Shown one piece after another: positions 25,457 through 36,895 of a stretch of DNA of 64,000 bases. Where the stretch lies: the NCBI GenBank assembly GCA_002269645.1, contig NIVC01000620.1:62001-126000 (forward strand), read 5' to 3'. Within the stretch, counting starts at the first letter, position 1; each line of letters starts with the position of its first letter. The DNA is from Macrostomum lignano. Its lineage: Eukaryota. The notes beneath the pieces are model-generated. The model worked only from the letters and a program-made list of their open reading frames with translations. It did no database searches and was not told where the DNA came from. The translations under genes and the position numbers were made by a program.

Positions 25457-27106
25457 ATGGAGACAGAAAGCTGTTCCATGCGCTTCTGCCGCAGTCCGGC
25501 TGTTGGCGAGTCACCTGTAACCTGCCAGCCTCTCTGCGACTTGCACATGCAGCAAGACTTTATCGAAGTAGACGAGGCTCAAGCCAGAGTAGCACAGAAA
25601 GTGCAGGTCTTCAAAAAGTACCAGGAGCCCATGAGACTGATGCAGCAGAGACTCACATCCGACCTGCAGCTGCTCGATGACACCTTTACCGACCTGAGAG
25701 AGACATTGGACAGGTGTCAAAGTGAGCTCGTTGCTGTGGTTACCAAACAGCATGACCAACTTATGGACCACCTGTTAAGTGTCTCAGACATGGACGACTT
25801 CGAGAAGGAGCTAAAGAGAGCCAAGGATGACAAAAACACGAGGCAGGCCTTCCTCATCAACAGGAGCATGGAGGGATCGCTGAAAACATTGCAGCTGGAC
25901 TCGAATCTGGTAAGACTGAATGAGGAAAGTCAGACAGTCGAAATCGCAGCTTACCCGGATTTGAACTCGAGAATAAGAGAGCTTGAGACCGGACTGAGAG
26001 CTGAGTTGGTTTTACTCAGAAAACTCGTTGAGCAGTTTGATGCTGCTGCCGTTTCTAGGCAGATTAATGAAGAGATTTCACTTCGAGCAGAAGAGAGCAA
26101 AAGCGAGGCAGAGATGCTGACGGCTGCAGTATGTCTCACAGTGTGCAGCAACACCACAGGTTTTGTCGTTGACGAGTCAGGTGTGATTGAGGCTTGTGAG
26201 GATAGCAGTGACCGTCTGCCACAGCCGAGTATCTTTGTAGCTGTCCAACCTGAAGCTGATAAAGACCACCAACTGCCCCCAGAGTCAATACCTGAAGGCA
26301 GTTCAAGCCCAAAAGACATGGCGTTTAAAATTTTGCTGCTCTCCGATGATGCAAAAGAAGTTGGATGCCTCACATGCAGCTGGGAGGCCGATCAGCCGAT
26401 CCGAGATCTACACTGCGACAATGAGCGACAGCTGCTGTTCATCGCTCAGGAGACAGCGGTGACAGTGACCGACCTCAGCGGAGCTCTCAAGTCAAGAATC
26501 TGCATTACCGAGTTGTTCGACAGATCTAAGGAGCTGTGGTGCATTGCTGGGAACTGCGACAAGCTGTTTGCTCTAACAGAAGAACAAGACGGCAGTCTGG
26601 CCATTGTGGGAGTCGAGAAAGACTCTGGTAATGTTGAGCTATCTTTTCCCATTCCCAGTGGTTGTGAGCTCGTTAAAGAAAATACGAAAATGTCAGTCAG
26701 AGATCAGATGCTGTTCTTGTCTAATAGGCGTGATGTTTTCACTGTCTGCATCATTACTAAAAAGCTGATCAACTCGAGGTCGTTCTGTATGAGACCATGC
26801 CAGACGCCGGGCTTGTGCAGTGCCACTGAAGACCAGACATGTGCCGTAGCTGGGGAGAAATCTTCTCCAGCTGAATTTCAACTTGTTCCGTGCGCACCTT
26901 CACTGAAACTGCAGCTGACATCCGAGACTCCACAGTACATCCTGTCCTCTGATGCAGGCGCTCAGTACAAAGTGGCAAAGGTGGAGAATGGTCGAGTCAT
27001 TGTGACAACCTGGCGTATTGGCTATGTGAACAGATTTGAAGATAAAGATAAGACAAAGACGAGCTCCTTGTCTCCCTATCTTGTAGACAGTTATTGTTCC
27101 GTTTGA
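25457..27106 (+). CDS. Gene A copy 3, intact 549 aa, inverted relative to the other copies
   Basis: Uninterrupted ORF. C-x4-C-x11-C-x3-C-x2-H motif, about 150-aa helical/coiled-coil region, then beta-rich repeats (IRDLHCDNERQLLFIA...TVTDLSGALKSRI) like NHL blades. No signal peptide or RING. Domain names are inferred. Confidence 0.85.
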   Translation: METESCSMRFCRSPAVGESPVTCQPLCDLHMQQDFIEVDEAQARVAQKVQVFKKYQEPMRLMQQRLTSDLQLLDDTFTDLRETLDRCQSELVAVVTKQHDQLMDHLLSVSDMDDFEKELKRAKDDKNTRQAFLINRSMEGSLKTLQLDSNLVRLNEESQTVEIAAYPDLNSRIRELETGLRAELVLLRKLVEQFDAAAVSRQINEEISLRAEESKSEAEMLTAAVCLTVCSNTTGFVVDESGVIEACEDSSDRLPQPSIFVAVQPEADKDHQLPPESIPEGSSSPKDMAFKILLLSDDAKEVGCLTCSWEADQPIRDLHCDNERQLLFIAQETAVTVTDLSGALKSRICITELFDRSKELWCIAGNCDKLFALTEEQDGSLAIVGVEKDSGNVELSFPIPSGCELVKENTKMSVRDQMLFLSNRRDVFTVCIITKKLINSRSFCMRPCQTPGLCSATEDQTCAVAGEKSSPAEFQLVPCAPSLKLQLTSETPQYILSSDAGAQYKVAKVENGRVIVTTWRIGYVNRFEDKDKTKTSSLSPYLVDSYCSV

Positions 27107-27389
27107 TTTGTTAGGTTAGTAGTGGCCTTGTTACTCATTCATATCAATTTGTAGTGACCTCATCCAAAAGCCATTTGGTCAGTGTACTGAATAAAAACAG
27201 TCTTAAAATACGGACTCCAATAATCATTTATTTATAGCGTGCTCAAATACTGAGTAGAACTTTAGTTATTTTTTAAATACAAAGAAGTTATGAATTAATT
27301 TTCATTGACAAGCGACTTGGCTCATACATGTATAGTAAACATACACGCTTCGGAGTTTATTAAAACTATATTACACGACACGAGAGGTC

Positions 27390-27700
27390 GCTGAGGCTCA
27401 TCAGCGATAGCATGGGCCGGATCTGCCCACCAGAACACGGCATCGCCCATGGCGGTGAGAACTCTGCACAGTTTAGGATGAGCCGACACAGACTGCACCA
27501 CCGAAGCCTGAGTCCTGACTCCAGCCCTGGTGGGTTCAGCTGCGGGATGCCTCAGCCTGCACCGCAGCTCGCCGCTGAGCAGATCCCAGCAGATCAGCTC
27601 GCCAGAGCCGCCAGCCGAGCAGCTGGCCAGAATGCATCGGCCATAGCAGGTGGCGCACAGGCCGATGAGAGGCTTGGACACAATGTCCTCTGCGAGGCCC
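27390..27700 (-). pseudogene. WDR83: Orphan WDR83 terminal exon, copy 2 (inverted, internal deletion, stop lost)
   Basis: KPLIGLCATCYGRCILASCS joins directly to AGGSGELICW. The terminal TGA has become CGA. Confidence 0.78.
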
Positions 27701-27779
27701 TGATGGGTTTGTAACGTTGTTTATGGCTCGGCTGTTGCCTGACCTGAGACACTGCTCAAATACAATTCCATTTGCAAAT

Positions 27780-29052
27780 TTAACGACAACAACAACAAAA
27801 TACGCTGTCAGGATGGCAAAAGTCAGCGTCACAGGGCGCGCTTCATGGCTTGGGCGCGAACAAGGGCCGCCACCGGCAGTGTCCGGGGCGCCGGCGTCAG
27901 CCAGCAGACAGTCGACGTAACGCCGAGTTCGCGCTTGACCTCGCCAGTAGGGTGCCTGCAGCGTGAGCAGCAGCATCTCCTGCACTGGCTGTGGGCAGTA
28001 CGACTCGGCGCGGATGAGATGGCCTGCGAGCTGGAGTCGCCGACGGCGCAGTAGATCGCTTGGACGTGGCAGGCCAGCGCGGCGATAGAGTGCCGCGTTG
28101 TTGACTCGCTCGACGCCGATGTTGAAGGCGGCGCGCAGCAGGCCAGCGTGCGCCGCATCGATTTGCTGTTCGAGTGAGTCCGTCAGCGTCCAGGTCTCGG
28201 CGTTGTAGAGCAGGACGGTCTCGATTACCGCCTGGAACAGCGCCGCCCTCTGGCGGTCCGGTAGGGCCTCGGACTGCAGGACTGCCCTCACAGAACGAAA
28301 GGCAGCCCAGGCAAGCCCGCGGCAGCGTCGCAGGTCCTCGCGAGCGTCTGGAACCAGACCGCCGAGGTAGACGAACTGCTGACGTCGCGGGAGCTCGGTC
28401 GCCTGCCCGTCTGCGCCTCGGCAGAATATTGCAGCCTCGACGTCTTCCGGCACGCAGAGCACAACGGTCTTCTGCGTGTTGACCACCAGGCCGACGCTCG
28501 CCGCAACGGCCGCTAGCCTGTCCAGCTGCCGTTGGGCGCCCTCGACGGTCGAGGTCAGCAGGGCGAGGTCGTCGGCGTAGCCAAGCACGCTGAGCCGCTT
28601 CTCCGGTTGACGTCGACCCACGCGTCGCCGCAGCAGAAAGCCGTCGTCGTCGGTAGGAAGAGCAGTCCGCAGCACCCAGTCAAGCACCAGGACGAACAGG
28701 AACGGCGCCAGCGTATCTCCCTGAAGCACTCCGGAGGATGTCTCAAAGGAGTCCGATAGGCCGTCCGGTGTTGTCACAGCAGCTGTAATATCACGGTACA
28801 TCGCCATGATGGCGGAGATCAGCTGCTCAGGCACGTTGTACGCGTGGAGCACCATTGGAAGCACGGCTCTGCGAGCTTGACAAAGTCGACTGCGTTGACT
28901 GGGGCTACGCTGAAACTCTCCTCTGCCGGCAACGACGTCTCCGGCGGCAGTGTCAGACTGTCTGGCAGCGGGGGTGGCGGCGCGTTGACGATGGCGGCGA
29001 AGAACTCGCGCAGCTCGTTCCTGCGCTCGTCCGGAGTGTCACCAGCCAGGTT
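27780..29052 (-). mobile_element. RTE-clade LINE fragment
   Basis: GVLQGDTLAPFLF, LGYADDL, FVYLGG, ETVLLYNAETWTL. (TTG)n-like 3' tail near 27780-27797. 5'-truncated with an internal deletion. Confidence 0.9.
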
Positions 29053-29557
29053 AAAATTTAACTAAGACTAATGATAGAAATGATGAAGACTGAGACACTG
29101 AGCGTAGCAAAATAAAAAGTTGTTTGCGAACCGCAGATCTACTCCATGCATGTCATTTCTAAATACTCAGATTCACATGCAGCTGAGACTCAGCTCTATT
29201 CATTTAGGCGGGGTTAGAGGGGAGAAAGAGTAGACAGGTGGTCGGTGGATACTGAGCGTACAGTAAGTATGAACACTTGGTGTGAGTCGATAAAACACTT
29301 AGACTTAAAAATTCAAAATAACTGAATCAGTTAACAAATAAATTCTGAGATTTTACTTCTCGCCAAAATTCAAAGCTAGAATACAATGAGGCGCATTCAC
29401 GAGTATGGGATAAAGTAGAATTAATACTAAAAATTTACAAGCATTTAGACTTGATTTGTCAAATACGATCTATACTCGCGTATGCTTCAAGTTGTGGCGC
29501 ACTTAATATAAGTAAAATTTTCTGCAATAAGTGACCTTTCGTTCCCCCCCCCCACAG

Positions 29558-29979
29558 GCCGCCTCGCAGAGGACAATCTGTGCAAGCCGCTGATCGGCCT
29601 GTGCGCCACCCGCGATGGCCGGTGCATTCTGGCCAGCTGCTCCGATGCCAGACTCCGCCTCATCGACCGGGACACTGGCGACCTGCTGGCCAGCTACTCG
29701 GGTCACAGCGTGGCCGATCTGTCAGTTGAATGCGACGTGTCCGCGGGAGACTCGCTGGTTCTGTCCGGCTCGGCTGGCGGCTCTGGCGAGCTGATCTGCT
29801 GGGATCTGCTCAGCGGCGAGCTGCGGTGCAGGCTGAGGCATCCCGCAGCTGAGCCCGCCAGGGCTGGAGTCAGGACTCAGGCTTCGGTGGTGCAGTCTGT
29901 GTCGGCTCATCCGAAACTGTGCAGAGTTCTCACCGCGATGGGCGATGCCGTGTTCTTGTGGGCAGATCCGGCCCATGCT
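29558..29979 (+). pseudogene. WDR83: Orphan WDR83 terminal exon, copy 3, with an intact splice acceptor and an interrupted 3' end
   Basis: Pyrimidine tract plus CAG ending at 29557, then GRLAEDNLCKPLIGLCATRDGRC...ADPAHA. The last codons are displaced to about 30415-30423 by a (GA)n-containing insert. Confidence 0.82.
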
Positions 29980-30125
29980 GTCTGTGAAATTATGAGCCGA
30001 GTGATTGTAATTAGAAGTAGAAAAGAAAGGACACGTGGAACTCTCCACGCGCTGTGTAGTATTTATTGACATTGATTCACTGACTCAGCACAGACAGAGA
30101 TTAGGGGTGGGTGAAGTGACTGAAC

Positions 30126-30277
<152 letters not shown>

Positions 30278-30877
30278 AATAATCAACTCCAAACCCCCCG
30301 ACACAGGGGTGGCAAAAGTGCACTAGAACTAAAAAATAAACAAATAATAATAACTATCTGAGAGACCTAGCCAAGCCATACACATAACTAACTATCTGAC
30401 ACTATCCCTAATAAGCCTCAGTGACCTCTCGTGTCGTCTAGTGAACTTTTTAATAAGCAGCATTTTTTTCAGTATTTTTGCTGTCTGTGCGGACTAAATT
30501 TATCCTGAGCTGTAATGTACTGTTCTATTACAATTGGAGCTATGACGTTTCTTAATAAAACCTCATGATTATCGTTTTCATATTTAAAAAATAACAAGCA
30601 AGCAATTCTTTTCATTTTTATTATATTTGGATTTAAGGCTGATGCAGTCTCAGCCGCTTTAGTTTAGGAACTCCCTAAATATATGATTGTTGAAGCAGTA
30701 TTTTTAGATTTTGTGTTTTAAACAGGAAACATCAAAGTGAAATAGTGACAAGACTACAAATTGATATGAGTGACAAGGCAGCTACAAATCGATGTTGCAC
30801 AGTGCTACTACAACTTGATATCAGTTACAGGGCTACAACAAATTAATATCGATGACAAGACTACTATGGATTTGATC

Positions 30878-32752
30878 CTAATAGGGATATTGATATTCAT
30901 CGTCATATTCATATTGACCTTCGTCTTCATCTTCATCTTTGTGTTCATATTGATCTTGATCTTCGTCTTCGTCTTCATATTGATCTTGATCTTCGTCTTC
31001 ATATTGATCTTGATCTTCGTCTTCATATTGATCTTGATCTTCGTCTTCATATTGATCTTGATCTTCGTCTTCATATTGATCTTGATCTTCGTCCTCATAT
31101 TGATCTTGATCTTCGTCTTCATATTGATCTTGATCTTCGTCTTCATATTCATCATCGTATTCAAAGTCATCTCTGTTCACAAATTGGATTTGCCAGGTTG
31201 TCACAGTGACTCGGCTATTCTCCAGCTTTGCCACTTTGTACTGAACACCTGCATCGGAGGACAGGATGTACTGCGGTGTCTGTGATGTCGGCCACAGTGT
31301 GAGTGAAGGTGCGCAGGGAGCCAGTTGAAATTCTGCTGGAACAGAGTTCTCCCCAGCCACGGCATAGGCATGGTCTTCTGTGTCACTGCACACGCCCGGC
31401 GTCTGGCATGGTCCCATACAGAACGACCTTGAGTTGATCAGCTTCTTAGTAATGATGCAGACAGTGAAAACATTCCACCTATCAGACAAGAACAGCATCT
31501 GATCTCTGACTGACATTTTGCTATCTTCTTTAATGAGCTCACAACCACTGGGTATGGGAAAAGCCAGCTGAAACTTTCCAGAGTTTTTCTCGACTCCAAC
31601 AATCTCCGGACTGCCGTCTTGTTCTTCAATTAGAGCAAACAGCTTATCGCAGTTTCCAGCAATGCCCCACAGCTGCTTGGCGCCTTCGTGCAACTCGGTG
31701 ACGCAGATTCTCGATTTGAGAGCTCCGCTGAGGTGCGTCACTGTCACCGCTGTCTCCTGAGCGATAAACAGCAGCTGTCGCTCATTGTCGCAGTGGAGAT
31801 CTCGGATCGGCTGATCGGCCTCCCAGCTGCACGTCAGGCGTCCAACTTCGTTGGCATCATCGGAGAGCAGCAAAATTTTAAACGCCATGTCATTCGGGCT
31901 TGAATTGCTTTCATCTATTGACTCTGGTGGGAGTTGCTGCTCTTGATCAGCTTCAGGAAGGACAGCTACAAAGATACTCGGCTGTGGCAGACAGTCGCTG
32001 CAATCCTTAGAAGCCTTCTCAATCACACCTGACTCGTCAATGACAAAACCTGTGGTGTTGCTGCACACTGTGAGACATACCGGCGTCGTCAGAATCTTTG
32101 CCTCGCTTTTGCTCTCTTCTGCTCGAAGTACAATTTCTTCATCAGAACGCCTAGAATCGGCAGCAGCATCAAACTGCTCGGCGAGTTTTCTGAGTAAAAC
32201 CAACTCAGCTCTCAGTCCGGTCTCCAGCTCTCTTATTCTCGAGTTCAAATCCGGGTAAGCTGCGATTTCGACTCTCTGACTTTCCCCATCCAATCTCACC
32301 AGATTCGAGTCCAGCTGCAATGTCTTCAGCGATCCCTCCATGCTCCTGTTGATGAGGAAGGCCTGCCTCGTGTTTTTGTCATCCTTGGCTCTGTTTAGCT
32401 CCTTGACAAAGTCGTCCAGCTCTGAGACACTTGACAGGTGGTCCATGAGCTGGTCATGCTGTTTTGTAACGACAGCAACGAGCTCACTTTGACACCTGTC
32501 CAATGTCTCTCTCAGGTCGGCAAAGGTGTCATCGAGCAGCTGCAGGTCGGATGTGAGTCTCTGCTGCATCAGTCTCATGGGCTCCTGGTACTTCTTGAAG
32601 AGCTGCACTTTGTGGGCTACTCTGGCTTGAGCCTCGTCTACTTCGGTGAAGTCTTGCTGCATGTGCAGGTCGCAGAGAGGCTGGCAGGTTACAGGCGACT
32701 CGCCAACAGCCGGACTGCGGCAGAGGCGCATTGAACAAGGAGCGGGTTGCAT
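30878..32752 (-). CDS. Gene A copy 4, intact 624 aa with an expanded (YEDEDQDQ)n acidic tail
   Basis: Uninterrupted ORF from ATG 32752. A 24-bp repeat near 30950-31150 encodes about 7-8 YEDEDQDQ units. Confidence 0.88.
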   Translation of the reverse strand: MQPAPCSMRLCRSPAVGESPVTCQPLCDLHMQQDFTEVDEAQARVAHKVQLFKKYQEPMRLMQQRLTSDLQLLDDTFADLRETLDRCQSELVAVVTKQHDQLMDHLSSVSELDDFVKELNRAKDDKNTRQAFLINRSMEGSLKTLQLDSNLVRLDGESQRVEIAAYPDLNSRIRELETGLRAELVLLRKLAEQFDAAADSRRSDEEIVLRAEESKSEAKILTTPVCLTVCSNTTGFVIDESGVIEKASKDCSDCLPQPSIFVAVLPEADQEQQLPPESIDESNSSPNDMAFKILLLSDDANEVGRLTCSWEADQPIRDLHCDNERQLLFIAQETAVTVTHLSGALKSRICVTELHEGAKQLWGIAGNCDKLFALIEEQDGSPEIVGVEKNSGKFQLAFPIPSGCELIKEDSKMSVRDQMLFLSDRWNVFTVCIITKKLINSRSFCMGPCQTPGVCSDTEDHAYAVAGENSVPAEFQLAPCAPSLTLWPTSQTPQYILSSDAGVQYKVAKLENSRVTVTTWQIQFVNRDDFEYDDEYEDEDQDQYEDEDQDQYEDEDQDQYEDEDQDQYEDEDQDQYEDEDQDQYEDEDQDQYEDEDEDQDQYEHKDEDEDEGQYEYDDEYQYPY

Positions 32753-33178
32753 GATCGGTTATTTTCGGTTGGTGAGCGCTTTGTGTAGAAACTGCGCTGG
32801 CGTTTAAGCTTTTCTCTACGTAACTTATGTGCTCTTGTGTAGTCCTTGTGAACTCATTCAGTATATGTGGATTCGAAATAACTGTGTATTTGTAGTGGAG
32901 GCTAGAATGGCGAGCAGGCATTTTGATAAGGATATGCTGCCTTTAGTTCACATTATCGCGAGTAGCTCCGCGCCTCAGATATTGCTGAAATCAATGTACA
33001 GTTGGTTCGGACGCAATATTTTACCCACATGGTTACTAGCCTTATGGATTAACGCTATACGAGTAGAGTGACTATCGGACAGGTCTTTCGGACCTTAAAT
33101 TCTAGCTTTTTGAACTTTAAATTTTGAACTTTACTTTATGAGTACAGTATTTTTACACAGTGTATATTCTACTCTGAG

Positions 33179-33345
33179 CCCCAGCTTACCCCAGCTAATG
33201 CTGGCACCCATTTTACAGCTGGGTGAACTGAAGCAATACAGAGTAAGGAGAAGCTCAAGGATACAATTGTTCCAGTGGGAATCGGAATCGAACCAGGACC
33301 TTCAATTTATGAGTCAGACGCTCTAACCACTAGGCTGCAACCCCC
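33179..33345 (-). mobile_element. tRNA-derived SINE, copy 1
   Basis: Minus strand has A-box-like TAGTGGTTAGAG, B-box GGTTCGATTCC and body TTCACCCAGCTGTAAAATGGGTGCCAGC. Also at 60739 and 62225. Confidence 0.8.
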
Positions 33346-33986
33346 TTAGAGAATTATGTATGTGAGAGATCTGAAAGAGATAGAGGTAAAGTGAAGGCCA
33401 AGGGCCAAAATTTAGTTTTATATTTCTTCCAGAGATCTCGCTCAATTGTCACCTGTTACATGCAGTTTGGCCCTCTCTGTTATTTACTTTTGCAATGCCA
33501 GTTAGGGCCTGCTTCCATATGCGTACATACACGTATCAACAATAGTGCATTGGTCCTCGAAGTAGCAACCGTAGTAAGATATAGAATTATAGTGTAATAT
33601 TGTGATAGTACATCGTGTGAGCTATTCTGCGCTATTGGTTATCAATCGTTCAACCATAAAAGAATCATCCGAGGACTATTAAACAAATAAAACATATTTG
33701 TTACCTTAGTCGTCCTTGGAATCGCCCTGTCAACCATAAAATATCCATGGGGGGTTTCTAAGGGGTGCATCTCAGTTCGCCGAATGCATTTCTTCGAAGC
33801 AAAATAAGAAAAGTAGAACAGCTATTTCATTGTTTGAAAGCTAGGAGAGCCCGCAGTATATATTAATTTAACTTAACTGTTGGAGTGGCTAGATATATAT
33901 TTGTAAAAGAACAAAGAACAACGGCAGATATGAGCGTTGAAGTGAAGAATATGAGCGTAGTACACTTTTAGCGAGTGGGTGGCAAC

Positions 33987-34255
33987 CATGGATGAAGGAA
34001 TACTATGAATTGCTAATCTGAAATAATCTATGGTCAATTTGCCTTCTCGAAACTTAGAATTTACCCTCCTAAAAATCTATTGGTTGATAGAATTAAAAAA
34101 ATATTCTGGACTTGGCTTTCGTACTTGCAAACAAAACTAGCTGCTTGGAATCCAAAGATGCTTCTGACAGACTGATTCAACATCAAATCAAATCCTACGG
34201 CAAATTAACCATAGATTATTTCAGATGAGCAATCCATAGTATTCCTTCATCCATG
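33987..34255. mobile_element. Second P-like MITE family member (CATGGATGAA termini, 8-bp TSD with one mismatch)
   Basis: About 57-bp imperfect TIRs. Flanks GTGGCAAC / GTGGCAAA. Confidence 0.75.
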
Positions 34256-35437
34256 GTGGCAAATAATGGTGGTTGTGTCTATGGTATTGAGGGCAGGAAT
34301 TTGAGCAGGTTCGTCTCATTACTGCCCAAAAATCCAAAATGTAGAGCTGTGTTGTCTTATCATATCGAGGGCGCTACTAAGCATTAACCAAAGACGAAAC
34401 TAGTGGGCACGAAATGGTTTCTGGCCCACGCGTTTGAAAACCGCGAGCACACATTGACGATTTCCCAGACCGTGCTGCCCGCAACACCATGCCGCACTGT
34501 GACTAAAGAGCTGATTCAGACATTTTTTTATTAGAGGCAGGGGGGTTGTGTGCACCCTGGCGCACTTTAAGCGACATAGGCACACAACCGGCGAGAGGCA
34601 TTACTGCCCATTCCGCCGACTCCCCTGAGCAGGCATACAAGCGCGCAGATACGTACGCATGCACACACTCATACACGTCTGTGACGGACTGAGTCGAGTC
34701 AAGTTAGCTCCAGGGTTTACATCGAGTTGTAAAAAATGCATTGGTTTATGGTTTAAATTGCTCAGATATATAGGGCAGAGATGCTTGCGCAAAAATTTAA
34801 ACTGGAGAAGTCTCTGAAAACAAAATATTGAGCACCAAATTTATCTAAGTCTCGACCTAAGCTACCTGTCTTAATCCCACCTATAGCTCGAGGTCCGTTT
34901 GTTACAGGCGTTAGATCGAGTTTTTATTTGTTTTTTCTGCTAATAAAACTAGCTAGATTGTGGATTACATCAAGGAAGTTAAATAACATTTTTTAAAACC
35001 TTGATTGTGATTTAATCGAACTAAAATAACCTTATTGGGTTGTGGCAAACATAAAAATGAATATTATAGACTTGAACAAAAAGTTTTTATTTTAACAGGC
35101 TTCAATTGTAAATACGAGTGTTATTACTGTTAATAATTGACGGACAGGTATTCACTGCGAAACAGTAAGTTCGTACATCGAATTTACTCTGAAGTTTATC
35201 AACTTTCCCTAATGGAAGCAGATACGCTCAAGGTAACCGCCTCAAGTGAATCCGGTAGCCAAGGTCTCAAAGGGAAGCTTCAATTTGAAACAAGGCGGGT
35301 GACAAGACTACGACATACCTTGCTTGAGAAGCCGCTGCGCTGGAGGACGGATTTGGCGTCTGCCACCCGATTGCGCCTCTCATTGAAGAAGCCAGTGGTG
35401 TCAGTTGACCGCACGCTGTCGCTTCTCTACTTGATAA

Positions 35438-36232
35438 TTAACTTCCGCCACTTCCGGTACTTCCGCTTTTATCTTCATCTTCACATTCCTCTCTGTTCAC
35501 ATAGTCGATTCGCCAGGTTTTCACAATGACTCGACCTTTCTCCACTTTTGCCACTTTGTACTGAGCGCCTGCATCAGAGGACAGGATGTACTGCGGTGTC
35601 ACTGATGTCGGCTGCAGTGTCAGTGAAGGCGAGCAAGGAGCCAGCTGTAATTCAGCAGAAGAGTTCTCCCCAGCCACGGCATAGGTCTGGTCTTTTGTGT
35701 GTCTGCACAAACCTGGCGTCTGCCAGGGCTTCCGATGGAGCGATCTCGAGTTGATCAGCTGTTTAGTAATGATGCAGATAGTGAAAACATCGCGCGTATC
35801 TGATAAGAAAAGCATCTGATCTCTGATTGACATTTTCGTAACTTCTTCACTGAGCTCACAAACACTGGGTATAGGAAAGACCAGCTGAACCGTACCAGAG
35901 TATTTCTTGACTCCCACAACGACCAGACTACCTTCTTGCTCTTTAATTAGAGAGCAAACAGCTTGTCGCAGTTTCCAGTTATGCACCACAGCTGCTTGGC
36001 GCCTTCGTGCAACTCGGTGATGCAGATTCTTGACTTGAGAGCTCCGCTGAAATCGGTCACTGTCACGGCTGTCTCCTAAGTGATGAGCAGCAGCTGTCGC
36101 TCATTGTCGCAGTGGAGATCTCGGATCGGCTGATAGGCCTCCCAGCTGGACGTCAGGCGTCCAACTTCTTTGGCCTCATCAGATAGCAGCAAAATTTTAA
36201 ACGCCATGTCTTTCGGGCTTGAACTGCTTTTA
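35438..36232 (-). pseudogene. Gene A copy 5, C-terminal fragment
   Basis: Homology starts at SSSPKDMAF (about 36230). TAG replaces CAG at 36076-36078 and there is a +2 frameshift near 35950. Fused to the PAN-LamG upstream region. Confidence 0.85.
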
Positions 36233-36895
36233 TGTAATCTGACTGCTGCAGTGCGACCCCCGAGTGACAGCTTTTGACCTTCTTGCACGAATGTGACCAA
36301 AAGACGCGGTAGCAAGATGTGGTGGATGCAGTTGCACGTGGGAAACTTCGCTGAGGTGAACTGCGAGTCGATGTCGAAGACCATCCCCCGATTTAACTCA
36401 GCTAAATCAGCCGTGTGCTTGAAGAATGAGACCTGAGAGGGTCATGGTGACAGCTCGAGCTGCAGGATGGAGATGATACAGGGTAGAATTCTTTTCAAAA
36501 ACTGATGCAGAAAATCTACCAACAATAAAAATTGACGGCTCAGCACAGAACTTTTACTTTCTAAATTGAAACCCAGCAGTGACTTTATCCGAGTATATTC
36601 CAATTATCTAGACAAGAACAGAATGCATTGTTGCTTATTCTGAATTTCGAAAGCGCTAGCGACGTGCTAGCATTCTGAAAGCATAGCATTTAAGCGCGTG
36701 AAGAAAGGTCAAATATGGCTATTGCCCCAGATCCCTAAAAACTCATGCTACAGTTTGATGGTTATCACAAGCGCTACTCTATTGGCTGAGCAGCCAAGCC
36801 GTGCTGAAGCCAAATACAGCGACTCAGTTCCAACAATTTTCATATCCACCACATCTGTGTGTGTCTCACTGTTTGTTAACTAATTTGATTTACCG

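Noticed and set aside
36076-36384. Chimeric ORF with DIDSQFTSAKF, similar to an integrase SDNGxQFTS motif, fused to gene A sequence
   Set aside because: Only one short motif-like match. It spans a deletion junction, ends at a nonsense codon, and the paralogous region at 49.5-49.7 kb is not open.
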